Shown piece by piece: positions 9,197-18,138 of a stretch of 64,000 nucleotides of DNA. The position numbers and the translations under genes were made by a program. The first letter of the stretch is position 1. Each line of letters begins with the position of its first letter. A model generated the notes under the pieces. It saw only the letters and a list, made by a program, of their open reading frames with translations. It had not been told where the DNA came from and made no database searches. Source of the DNA: Anaerolineaceae bacterium (GTDB taxonomy: Bacteria > Chloroflexota > Anaerolineae > Anaerolineales > Anaerolineaceae); assembly GCA_030653365.1 (NCBI GenBank), contig JAURZL010000007.1, forward strand, positions 434,011 to 498,010, written 5' to 3'.

Positions 9197-10039
9197 ATGA
9201 AAAACTTTTTCAATTCAATTAAATCCTTTACAGTCATACTAATCGCTGTAGGTCTAATATTATTAGCTCTAGGAGGGTACCTAAGTCCCATTCTTGTAAC
9301 TTTGTCACGTCCATTTCTTGGCGCACAGGAATGGATCTCTTCCCGTTATATCGCTGTAAGCCAATTATTAAATGCACCTCAAGATGTCGAAGAAATAAGA
9401 GTCAGAAATATTGAGTTAGAGAATGAAATAGCACGTTTGCAATCACAGGTTATTGTCTTACGGGAACAATTAGACGAATCTCAGGGACTAGAAGAATTAT
9501 TAGGATACGCCAGGCGAAGACCTGAATTTCAATATACCGCCGCTGCAGTTATTGGAAAAGACCCAAGTCCATTTCTCCACTATATTATCATAGACCATGG
9601 AAGTGATGAAGGAATTCGCCGTGGGATGCCGGTTGTAACTGAATCTGGATTGGTTGGCAGGATAGATGCAGTCACAGCCGGAGCAGCGAGAGTACAATTG
9701 ATTACAGATCCAGGTTCTATCGTAAATGTCAAATTACAGTCACAGAGAACCAATGCCCAAATCAATGGCTCAATTACTGGTGAAATAAATCTGGAAATGG
9801 TTCCTCAGGATACAAATTTAGAATCTGGTGAAGTGATACTCACATCAGGTTTAGGGGGAAATTATCCAGCAGATATTTTAATTGGACAGGTGATCACTGT
9901 TCGTCAATTTGAAAATGAATTATTTCAAACCGCCACAATCCAGCCAATCATTGATTACTCACAATTACAAGCTGTTTTGGTAATTATTAATTTTCGCCCA
10001 ATTGATATTTCTCCATTGTTACCGAGTTCAGGTCAATAA
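9197..10039 (+). CDS. mreC: Rod shape-determining protein MreC
   Basis: 280 aa. N-terminal TM segment, a coiled-coil segment (ENEIARLQSQVIVLREQL) and a C-terminal beta-rich domain (GMPVVTESGLVGRI). Located between mreB and mreD. Confidence 0.85.
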   Translation: MKNFFNSIKSFTVILIAVGLILLALGGYLSPILVTLSRPFLGAQEWISSRYIAVSQLLNAPQDVEEIRVRNIELENEIARLQSQVIVLREQLDESQGLEELLGYARRRPEFQYTAAAVIGKDPSPFLHYIIIDHGSDEGIRRGMPVVTESGLVGRIDAVTAGAARVQLITDPGSIVNVKLQSQRTNAQINGSITGEINLEMVPQDTNLESGEVILTSGLGGNYPADILIGQVITVRQFENELFQTATIQPIIDYSQLQAVLVIINFRPIDISPLLPSSGQ

Positions 10040-10041
10040 CA

Positions 10042-10548
10042 ATGCGGCGAATTTTTATTCTATTATTCGTATTAGTTATCACTATGTTGCAACTGGGGAT
10101 TTTCAGCAATTTACAGATTTTGGCTGGAAAAATTGATTTATTATTGTTGGGTGTTATTGCCTGGTCACTCCAAAAAAAAACTGGAATTATTGATATTTTA
10201 ATTTATACGACCATTACGATTTTTTTTCTTTATTTGATTTCTGCTGAACCAATCACCATCATAATTCTTTTGTATAGCATGATGATTTTCATAATTTTTT
10301 GGAGTAAAAATAATATTCAACAGTTTCCAATTGTCAGTATGTTTATTTTTACTGCAATTTTCACATTTATCCATTTAGCAATATTTGGTTTTTATTTACA
10401 ATTAACAGGAATTAATATGATTGCGATTGAGATTTTTCAAACTGTGATTTTACCAAGTATGTTGATAAACCTGATTGCTGCAATTCCAATATATTTATTG
10501 GCAAATGAGCTTCAGCATTGGGTTTATCCATTTGTGGAGGAAGTATGA
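10042..10548 (+). CDS. mreD: Rod shape-determining protein MreD
   Basis: 168-aa polytopic membrane protein immediately after mreC. Its stop overlaps the mrdA start (ATGA). Confidence 0.7.
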   Translation: MRRIFILLFVLVITMLQLGIFSNLQILAGKIDLLLLGVIAWSLQKKTGIIDILIYTTITIFFLYLISAEPITIIILLYSMMIFIIFWSKNNIQQFPIVSMFIFTAIFTFIHLAIFGFYLQLTGINMIAIEIFQTVILPSMLINLIAAIPIYLLANELQHWVYPFVEEV

Positions 10549-12641
10549 ACCAATCCGCTTTAGACCAATCCAGGGTTCAAAAATGGAGATTAATCCTATT
10601 TTTTAGTGTGATGACAATCATTCTATTGTTTTATGGATATCGATTATTCGTTCTTCAAATTATTGAAGGAAACTCATATCTTGTTCAGGCGAATGATAAC
10701 CGAATCAGAGAGATCAGTGATCCTACACAGAGAGGGATTATTTATGATAGGAACGGATTTGTTCTCGCCAGGAACATTGCTTCTTATAACGTAATCGTTA
10801 CACCAGCCTTATTGCCAGACGTAGATACCTATAATCCCAACGGAGATATGCAAAGGATTTACCGTGAATTATCCAATTTAATAGATATTCCAGTCAGTAG
10901 TGGAAATATCGATGATCGAGAAGCAATGCTAAATTTTACACCTTGTTACAATGATTTTGGAATCAAGGAAATTATTTATATAGGTGATACCAATGCACCT
11001 TACAGCCCTGTTCAGGTAAAATGCGATATCGATCCTGAAATTGCGATGGTCATTCGGGAAAAGAAGGGGGATTGGCCGGGTGTTGACATAGAAATCGTTC
11101 CAGTTCGAGATTATCCAACTGGTGAACTAACTTCTGAAGTGATTGGTTTCCTGGGACCCATCCCAGCATCACAAGTAGATTATTATGAGGATTTAGGGTT
11201 TGTTTCGAATAGAGATAAAGTTGGTTATGCTGGTGTTGAGCAATATTTAGATGAAATTTTATTAGGATCAAATGGTAAAAGAGTTGTTGAAGTAGATGGA
11301 GCGGGCCAAATTTTGCGTGATCTTGAGGTTCCAATTTCTTCCACTCCTGGAAATAACTTGAAACTTACCATAGACACCCGTTTACAAGCAGCAACGAAAA
11401 CCGCACTGCTTGCAAATATGGCCAAATACAATCTAATCAAAGGTGAAGAAAAATATAACGTGGGTGCAGTTATCGCTATGAATCCCAAAACCGGAGAGAT
11501 TCTAACTTTAGTCAGTTATCCAACTTTTGAAAATAACCGGTTGGCAAGGATTATTCCAGCTTATTATTACAATCAGCTGCAACTCGATCCCAGGAAACCA
11601 TTATTTAACCATGCAATTTCTGCTGAACATCCTCCTGGATCGGTATTTAAACTTGCTCCAGCTGTTGGTATTTTGAATGAAAATGTTGTCAGGCCAGAGA
11701 CTGTTATTTTTGATCCCGGAAAAATTACAATTCAAGAACAATTTACACCTAATGATCCAGGAAGACCAAGAGATTATGTTTGCTATACATACAAGGATAC
11801 AGGAGCGGGACATGGGGATGTCAATTTTCTCCGAGGAGTAGCTTTATCCTGTGATGTTTACTTTTATAAAGTTGGTGGTGGGTATGGTACGGAAGTACCC
11901 GTTGGTTTGAATATTTGGAGAATTGGTGAGTATGCGAGAGCGTTGGGATATGGTGCATTAACAGGTATAGAATTACCTGGTGAAATGAAAGGTTTAATCC
12001 CTGACCCGACCTGGAAACGAATCAATGTCGGAGAAAACTGGTCAACAGGTGACACTTATATAGCCACGATGGGTCAGGGGTATGTTTTATCAACACCAAT
12101 TCAGGTATTGGTTTCTTTTGCAACAATTGCAAATGATGGTGTGATGATGAAACCTACTTTAGTAAAAGAAATCCTGGATTCTGAAGGAAATGTGATAAAA
12201 CCATTCACGCCTATCCAGGTACACGATATCACCAAAGATCCTTTGATAAGAGTATATGATGAAAATTTTCGAACAACAGGTGAAGTAAAAACTGTAGAAC
12301 CCTGGGTTATAGAATTGAATAAAGCAGCATTAAGAGAAGTTGTCGTGGATGGAACTTCCGCCCTAATTTTTAGAGGAGAGACTGTTCCCTCAGCAGGTAA
12401 AACGGGAACAGCTGAATATTGTGACAATGTTGCTCAGGAGAAGAATATTTGTTTTCCTGGTAGTTGGCCTGCACATGCCTGGTATGTTGGATATGCACCT
12501 TATGATGATCCGGAAATCGTCGTTGTAGCATTTGTTTATGATGGGGATGAAGGTGCTGTTTTAGGTGGTCCAGTTGTAAGAAAGGTTATGGAAACATATT
12601 TTGCTTTAAATGCTGTTGATCAAGGATTAGAGAATAATTAA
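10545..12641 (+). CDS. mrdA: Penicillin-binding protein 2 (elongasome transpeptidase)
   Basis: N-terminal TM segment, PBP dimerisation domain, transpeptidase motifs SVFK (SxxK) and KTGTA (KTG). ATG at 10545 (MNQSALDQS) overlaps the mreD stop and is preferred over the tracked start at 10518. Confidence 0.9.
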   Translation: MNQSALDQSRVQKWRLILFFSVMTIILLFYGYRLFVLQIIEGNSYLVQANDNRIREISDPTQRGIIYDRNGFVLARNIASYNVIVTPALLPDVDTYNPNGDMQRIYRELSNLIDIPVSSGNIDDREAMLNFTPCYNDFGIKEIIYIGDTNAPYSPVQVKCDIDPEIAMVIREKKGDWPGVDIEIVPVRDYPTGELTSEVIGFLGPIPASQVDYYEDLGFVSNRDKVGYAGVEQYLDEILLGSNGKRVVEVDGAGQILRDLEVPISSTPGNNLKLTIDTRLQAATKTALLANMAKYNLIKGEEKYNVGAVIAMNPKTGEILTLVSYPTFENNRLARIIPAYYYNQLQLDPRKPLFNHAISAEHPPGSVFKLAPAVGILNENVVRPETVIFDPGKITIQEQFTPNDPGRPRDYVCYTYKDTGAGHGDVNFLRGVALSCDVYFYKVGGGYGTEVPVGLNIWRIGEYARALGYGALTGIELPGEMKGLIPDPTWKRINVGENWSTGDTYIATMGQGYVLSTPIQVLVSFATIANDGVMMKPTLVKEILDSEGNVIKPFTPIQVHDITKDPLIRVYDENFRTTGEVKTVEPWVIELNKAALREVVVDGTSALIFRGETVPSAGKTGTAEYCDNVAQEKNICFPGSWPAHAWYVGYAPYDDPEIVVVAFVYDGDEGAVLGGPVVRKVMETYFALNAVDQGLENN

Positions 12642-12673
12642 TCTAGAACGAGCTTAATGCTATAATTTAATCT

Positions 12674-13387
12674 TTGAAAAAATTGATTAATGGATATTTA
12701 CAATTGAGACAACCAGAACCGATACAAATAAAAGGAATTCGTGAAGGCTTATTAGTAACGCTCGGTGAAGGGGATTGGCCGACTATTCAAATTTCACTGA
12801 TGGAAAAAATTATCGAGAAAGAGAATTTTTTCAAAGGAGCGAAATTAGCTTTAGATGTTGGAAATCGTATTCTTCATGCAGCAGAGCTAGGGATTTTACG
12901 GGATCGCCTTGCTGATAAAAGCATTTCCTTATGGGCAATATTATCAAATTCTCCTATCACCGAAATGACAGCCCAGGATTTAGGTTTGGCAACGAGGATA
13001 TCAATTCCTAAACCTGAAAGAATAATCAAATCAATTGATTCTTCTTTATCCGGTGATGATGCAATCTTTCTTCGAAAAACAATACGATCTGGTTTTAAAG
13101 TTGTTTCGAATGGGCATATAATGATCCTTGGTGATGTAAATCCAGGTGCAGAAATAATAGCTGGTGGAAGTATTATTATTTGGGGAAAGTGTCAGGGAGT
13201 TGTACAGGCTGGAACAGAAGGCAGTGAAGATGCAGTTGTCTGTGCATTGGATCTAAATCCAACCCAGCTTAGAATTGCTGGTATCATCGCTATTTCTCCA
13301 AAAAGAAAAGGAAAACCACAACCTGAGGTTGCAAAAATAATTTTAGGGCAGGTTGTTGCAGAAACATGGAATCCAAAATCGAGGTAA
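12674..13387 (+). CDS. minC: Septum site-determining protein MinC
   Basis: 237 aa. The C-terminal beta-helix repeats (GDVNPGAEIIAGGSIIIWG) are typical of MinC, and minD follows. The TTG start has no clear SD, so the start is uncertain. Confidence 0.8.
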   Translation: MKKLINGYLQLRQPEPIQIKGIREGLLVTLGEGDWPTIQISLMEKIIEKENFFKGAKLALDVGNRILHAAELGILRDRLADKSISLWAILSNSPITEMTAQDLGLATRISIPKPERIIKSIDSSLSGDDAIFLRKTIRSGFKVVSNGHIMILGDVNPGAEIIAGGSIIIWGKCQGVVQAGTEGSEDAVVCALDLNPTQLRIAGIIAISPKRKGKPQPEVAKIILGQVVAETWNPKSR

Positions 13388-13397
13388 TTAACAATTA

Positions 13398-14201
13398 ATG
13401 AGTGCAAAAGTTGTAACAATTTCTAGTGGTAAAGGTGGTGTTGGTAAAACAACTACCACAGCAAATTTGGCAGTGGCTTTGGCTCAGGAAAACCAAAAAG
13501 TGGTTTGTATTGATGGGGATATAGGCTTGAGAAATTTGGATGTTATCCTGGGATTAGAAAATCGAATCGTTTATGATCTGGTAGATGTTATTGAAGGTCG
13601 CTGCAGAATTCGACAAGCCATGATTAGAGATAAACGGTTGCCAGATCTATTCTTAATTCCTGCTGCCCAAACAAGAGATAAAAGTGCTGTTTCTCCAAGC
13701 GACATGATTCGATTATGTGAGGAAATACGAGACGAGATGGATTGGATCATCATCGATTCCCCTGCAGGAATTGAGCGAGGATTTCGAAATGCTCTTGCAC
13801 CTGCTGATATGGTTATCGTTGTGACAAATCCAGAGGTATCTTCTGTGCGCGATGCAGATCGTATAATCGGTCTGGTCGAAGCTGAGGAAAAAGGCCCTGC
13901 TCAACTAATTTTGAATCGGGTTAATGTGGTGCTGACGAAAAGAGGAGATATGCTCAGTACAGAAGATGTACTCGAGCTTCTGGCAATCAACCTTATTGGG
14001 GTAATCCCTGAAGATGAATCGGTAATTGTAGCCTCCAATCGTGGACAACCGGTCACGTTCGCTAATAATTCCAGAGCTGGTCAAGCTTTCCGAAATATTG
14101 CTAAAAGATTGCTTGGCGAGGAGGTTCCATTCATGAATTTAGAAACGAATCATGGGTTGATTAATCGATTGGCTAAATTGATGAAGATTAGAGGTGATTG
14201 A
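13398..14201 (+). CDS. minD: Septum site-determining ATPase MinD
   Basis: 267 aa. Deviant Walker A SGKGGVGKTT and a C-terminal amphipathic helix (LINRLAKLMK). Confidence 0.95.
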   Translation: MSAKVVTISSGKGGVGKTTTTANLAVALAQENQKVVCIDGDIGLRNLDVILGLENRIVYDLVDVIEGRCRIRQAMIRDKRLPDLFLIPAAQTRDKSAVSPSDMIRLCEEIRDEMDWIIIDSPAGIERGFRNALAPADMVIVVTNPEVSSVRDADRIIGLVEAEEKGPAQLILNRVNVVLTKRGDMLSTEDVLELLAINLIGVIPEDESVIVASNRGQPVTFANNSRAGQAFRNIAKRLLGEEVPFMNLETNHGLINRLAKLMKIRGD

Positions 14202-14467
14202 TGGATAATTTCCTCGAGAAACTTTTCAAAAAAGAGAAAAATAGCGCTAATACTGCAAAAGAAAGATTGAAATTGGTCCTGATTCACGATCGAACTGATA
14301 TAACTCCAGGTCAACTGGAAAATTTGAAGAATGAATTGATTGATGTGATTTCCAAATATATAAAAATTGAACCGAATAAGGTCAAAATAAATATGACTCA
14401 AGAAGGCAATGAGCATCGATTAATTGCGGACATTCCTATTACTCCTTCTCCAAACCGGAAAAGATAA
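14201..14467 (+). CDS. minE: Cell division topological specificity factor MinE
   Basis: 88-89 aa. KERLKLVLIHDR motif. ATG at 14201 overlaps the minD TGA (TGATG). The tracked TTG at 14198 is less likely given the GAGGTG position. Confidence 0.9.
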   Translation: MDNFLEKLFKKEKNSANTAKERLKLVLIHDRTDITPGQLENLKNELIDVISKYIKIEPNKVKINMTQEGNEHRLIADIPITPSPNRKR

Positions 14468-14577
14468 GGTATCATCTCAATTAACCGGGATGGGTGTGTC
14501 TTTGGCATTGATACCTGCCTAATAAATCCTGACGAGGATCATTAAAAGATCCTAGATAGCAATCGAATATTGATCTA

Positions 14578-15672
14578 ATGTTAAAAAGAGAATTTTGGCA
14601 ACAGTTTGATTATTTGTTATTAGGGGGTGTGTTAATCCTATGCATTTTTGGTATAGCGATGATTCAGTCAGCGATTGCTGGTAATGAACAAATTTCCATC
14701 TCTGTTTCCAGACAAGTTATTTTTGTTGTTGGTGGAGTTGCTGTCTTATTTCTTACTTCTTTTATTAATTACCGATATCTATCTTCTCTAACAAGAATCA
14801 TGTACATCGTTTCAGTTTTATTACTGATGGGAATATATGTTATCGGTACAGCTGTCTATGGGTCTGCCAGGTGGTTTGACACGGGAGTAATATTGATTCA
14901 ACCATCAGAGCTTGTAAAGACAATTATGATTGTGATATTGGCAGATTATTTTTATAAAACCCAGGATCAGGAAAAAAACCTGAACTGGATATTCAAAAGC
15001 TTCATGATTACAGCATTTGTTGTTTTATGGATTTTTATTCAACCGAACCTTAGTATGTCCATCGTAATCTTTGTGATCTGGTTTTCACTTTTATGGTACG
15101 CTGGATTGCCATTCAAATATTTATTAATTTTCCTGACTGTTGGCATTGTAATTGGAATCATTGGATTTAATTTTTTGGAAGGTTATCAACAAGACCGAGT
15201 TTTAAATTTCCTTTTTCCTGATCCGGATGCAAGATATGGTGAAACTTATAATGTGGATCAAGCTAAAATTTCGATTGGTTCCGGCGGATTATTTGGGATG
15301 GGGTATGGACAGGGATCCCAAGTGCAATTGCGATTTTTAAAAGTCCGGCATACAGATTTTATTTTTTCATCGATGGCGCACGAATTTGGATTTGTGGGGA
15401 CCATATTTGTGATGTTGATATTAGTTTTTGTTATTTACCGGTGTTTTCGTGTAGGACAAAAGGCATCGGATATGTTTGGGCAATTAATTGCGTATGGCGT
15501 AGGGACGTTGCTCTTTTTCCAAATGGCTGTTAATATTGGCGTGAATTTAAATGTAATACCTGTCACTGGTCTTACATTACCTTTTATTAGTTATGGTGGC
15601 AGTTCATTAGCCTCTTTGTTATTAGGAATTGGATTTGTGGAGAGCGTAGCTGCGCATAGACATAGAGATTAA
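14578..15672 (+). CDS. rodA: SEDS-family peptidoglycan glycosyltransferase RodA
   Basis: 364-aa polytopic membrane protein. QPSELVK, HTDFIFS and LPFISYGGSS motifs of the FtsW/RodA/SpoVE family. Called RodA from its context in the mre/mrdA cluster. Confidence 0.9.
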   Translation: MLKREFWQQFDYLLLGGVLILCIFGIAMIQSAIAGNEQISISVSRQVIFVVGGVAVLFLTSFINYRYLSSLTRIMYIVSVLLLMGIYVIGTAVYGSARWFDTGVILIQPSELVKTIMIVILADYFYKTQDQEKNLNWIFKSFMITAFVVLWIFIQPNLSMSIVIFVIWFSLLWYAGLPFKYLLIFLTVGIVIGIIGFNFLEGYQQDRVLNFLFPDPDARYGETYNVDQAKISIGSGGLFGMGYGQGSQVQLRFLKVRHTDFIFSSMAHEFGFVGTIFVMLILVFVIYRCFRVGQKASDMFGQLIAYGVGTLLFFQMAVNIGVNLNVIPVTGLTLPFISYGGSSLASLLLGIGFVESVAAHRHRD

Positions 15673-15688
15673 ATGATTGGAGAAAAAA

Positions 15689-17164
15689 ATGAAGCCAGCC
15701 CGCGTACGATTTGCACCCTCACCAACAGGGCATATGCATTTAGGAAGCGCACGAACAGCGTTATATGATTATTTATTAGCAAAACAAACCGGGGGACAAT
15801 TTATTTTAAGAATAGAAGACACAGATCAAAAAAGGTATGTTAAAGGCGCTGAACAAGAGTTAATTGATGGAATGCGATGGCTGGGATTGGAATGGGATGA
15901 AGGACCAGATGTCGGTGGGGAATATGGACCCTACAGACAATCAGAACGAAAAGAAATATATCAGAAATATGCCAGACAACTGATAGAAAATGATCATGCT
16001 TTCTATTGTTTCTGTACCCAGGACAGACTTCAAAAGGTCAGAGAAGAACAAATAAGCAATAAAATTCAGGCAAAATATGATGGAACCTGCAGAAATATCT
16101 CTCTCGACGAAGCAGATAAAAGAATTAAGAATGGTGAAAGTTATGTGATTCGATTCAAAATGCCAAAAACGGGTACAACCAGCGTTCACGATCATCTCAG
16201 AGGCAATATCGTTGTCGAAAATAATACACTTGATGATTCCATCATTGTAAAATCAGATGGACTTGCTTTATATCATTTAGCTGCACCAGTTGATGACCAT
16301 TTAATGAAAATTACTCATGTTCTAAGAGGTTCAGAGTGGTTACCGACATTCCCTCTTCACAGCTTGATTCATCGTGCTTTTGGGTGGGAAGAGCCTGTAT
16401 GGGTACATTTGAGCGTTTTTCTGAAACCTTCTGGTAAGGGAAAAATGAGCAAACGGGAAGCCATTGATTTAGCGAAAGACGGTAAATCGATTTTTATTAA
16501 AGATTTGCTTGAATTGGGATATCTTCCGGAAGCAATCATCAATTGGATTGCTTTGATGGGGTGGAGCTATGACGATCATACAGAATTTTTCCTGATGAAC
16601 GACCTGATAGAAAAATTTAACCTGGAAAAACTTAATCCATCTCCAGCAGCCATCAATTTCACAAAATTTGATTATTTCAATGGGTTGCATATACGGAATT
16701 TGAGCATTCCTGAATTATCCGAGAGAATTAAACCGTTCTTCCTAGAAAAAGGAATTTTTCCCAGTGAAGAAAAACTACATATGTTAACTCCAATCATCCA
16801 AGAACGGTTACAAACATTAGATGATGCGCCTGATCTGGCAGGTTTTTTATTTGAGGAAGAAATAACAGTTAATTGTGATGATTTGATAGCAAAAAACACT
16901 ACACAATCGGAATCGTTAATGATTCTGAAGGAAATTTATGAAATCATTTCAAAATTTCCAGATGTAAAACATACTACTTTAGAAACCCCGATGCGTGAAT
17001 TGGTTGAAAAATTAGGATACAAACCTGGCCAGGTATTCGGTATTTTGCGCGTAGCTGTTACTGGAAGAATGATTAGTCCACCTTTATTTGAATCAATGGA
17101 AATAATTGGTCGTGAAAAAGTAATATCGAGAATAACTGGTGCAATTCGGTTACTTGAAGCTTGA
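15689..17164 (+). CDS. gltX: Glutamyl-tRNA synthetase
   Basis: RFAPSPTGHMHLGSART (HIGH region) and KMSKR (KMSKS). ATG at 15689 is preceded by GGAG with 6-nt spacing and is preferred over the tracked TTG at 15677. Confidence 0.95.
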   Translation: MKPARVRFAPSPTGHMHLGSARTALYDYLLAKQTGGQFILRIEDTDQKRYVKGAEQELIDGMRWLGLEWDEGPDVGGEYGPYRQSERKEIYQKYARQLIENDHAFYCFCTQDRLQKVREEQISNKIQAKYDGTCRNISLDEADKRIKNGESYVIRFKMPKTGTTSVHDHLRGNIVVENNTLDDSIIVKSDGLALYHLAAPVDDHLMKITHVLRGSEWLPTFPLHSLIHRAFGWEEPVWVHLSVFLKPSGKGKMSKREAIDLAKDGKSIFIKDLLELGYLPEAIINWIALMGWSYDDHTEFFLMNDLIEKFNLEKLNPSPAAINFTKFDYFNGLHIRNLSIPELSERIKPFFLEKGIFPSEEKLHMLTPIIQERLQTLDDAPDLAGFLFEEEITVNCDDLIAKNTTQSESLMILKEIYEIISKFPDVKHTTLETPMRELVEKLGYKPGQVFGILRVAVTGRMISPPLFESMEIIGREKVISRITGAIRLLEA

Positions 17165-17277
17165 TGAATAGGTAGATATAAGTTTTTTTTTTGTTGTTCT
17201 GGGTTCAAGAAAAATGGATGGAAAATTATTAAAACGCCCTGTACAATGAAATCTGAATGTGATAAACTTTTCGTCGG

Positions 17278-17348
17278 TGGGGGTTCGTCTAATGGTAGGA
17301 CAACTGACTCTGGATCAGTATGTAGGGGTTCAAATCCTCTACCCCCAG
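17278..17348 (+). tRNA. tRNA-Gln (anticodon CTG)
   Basis: Hand-folded: acceptor TGGGGGT/ACCCCCA, anticodon stem ACTGA/TCAGT with loop CTCTGGA, T arm AGGGG-TTCAAAT-CCTCT, discriminator G. CCA is not encoded. Confidence 0.85.
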
Positions 17349-17355
17349 CTAGCAA

Positions 17356-17381
17356 ATGTGGCGGTCAAAGCACCGCCACAT
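17356..17381 (+). other. GC-rich 10-bp hairpin downstream of tRNA-Gln
   Basis: ATGTGGCGGT-caaagc-ACCGCCACAT. There is no strong T tract, so it may be a processing or terminator element. Confidence 0.3.
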
Positions 17382-17395
17382 ATGATTTAAGGCTA

Positions 17396-17420
17396 AAAAG
17401 CAGCCATTACAGCTGCTTTT
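17396..17420. terminator. Bidirectional intrinsic terminator between the gltX/tRNA-Gln unit and the convergent minus-strand operon
   Basis: AAAAGCAGC-cattaca-GCTGCTTTT. The A/T tracts on both sides are part of the stem flanks. Confidence 0.5.
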
Positions 17421-17427
17421 ATTGATT

Positions 17428-17667
17428 TTAGTATTCTTCATCTTCATCTAACCAGTCGTCTTCATCTTCCTCCTCTAAACTAGTTAGTTCACCCCATTCA
17501 TCCGCTTCATCTTCATCGTCATTGTCCCAGGGTTCCTCAGGGATTGAATCCGCAGAAGGTGTGTAGGTAATACATCCTTTATCCGGATCTAGTTCTATTA
17601 GAGCAGCAGAACAAAAACCTTCATCTAAGAATTCACAATCCTCATAATGACATCGAATTTTTGGCAT
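17428..17667 (-). CDS. Small Cys-containing (DUF1540-like) protein with a polyacidic, Trp-studded tail
   Basis: 79 aa. The N-terminus IRCHYEDCEFLDEGFCSAALIELD...GC recalls the DUF1540 Cys pattern. The C-terminal ~40 aa are almost entirely D/E with interspersed W. Last gene of the rel-moeA-VKOR string. Confidence 0.5.
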   Translation of the reverse strand: MPKIRCHYEDCEFLDEGFCSAALIELDPDKGCITYTPSADSIPEEPWDNDDEDEADEWGELTSLEEEDEDDWLDEDEEY

Positions 17668-17693
17668 TTAATATTCCTCCTGATAAATCAATT

Positions 17694-18131
17694 TTATTCT
17701 AAAATGGTTTCTCTTTGTTCTTTTGTTAAATTAATAAATGATAGTATAAAAATAGTCATCATTGTTATTGCAGAAATTATACAAAACGGACAAACCGCTT
17801 TAATAACAGCAAATTGCAAGTATGTCAAGTAAATTGAGAATAAAAAGCCTGAAAGAGCGATTCCAAAAACAAATATGCTTCCAAATTCTCTAAATAATTT
17901 AAATTTTTTTTGGATAGAAAGTATCAAAATTATTCCTATATAAGCCAGAATTCCAAAAATTGATATAGGTATTCCGTTCCATTCTGAATAACGACTATTA
18001 TTGACCGACCAGCAATCACCAATTCCTTGTATACACAGTGCTTTATTGTCTGTTAATTTAATAATTGTCAGATAAATTGCATCCAACAAGCCCAATACTG
18101 CAATAATTATTGTTGCTTTTTTTAACATCAT
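17694..18131 (-). CDS. Vitamin K epoxide reductase (VKOR)-family membrane oxidoreductase
   Basis: 145 aa, about 4 TM segments. Loop cysteine pair CIQGIGDC and a membrane-embedded CPFC (CxxC). Confidence 0.65.
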   Translation of the reverse strand: MMLKKATIIIAVLGLLDAIYLTIIKLTDNKALCIQGIGDCWSVNNSRYSEWNGIPISIFGILAYIGIILILSIQKKFKLFREFGSIFVFGIALSGFLFSIYLTYLQFAVIKAVCPFCIISAITMMTIFILSFINLTKEQRETILE

Positions 18132-18138
18132 TATTTTT

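Noticed and set aside
16936-17355. 139-aa minus-strand ORF spanning the gltX 3' end and tRNA-Gln, and a 62-aa plus-strand ORF (32424-32612) spanning tRNA-Leu.
   Set aside because: Both overlap confidently folded tRNA genes and/or a conserved CDS. They are artefacts of open frames.
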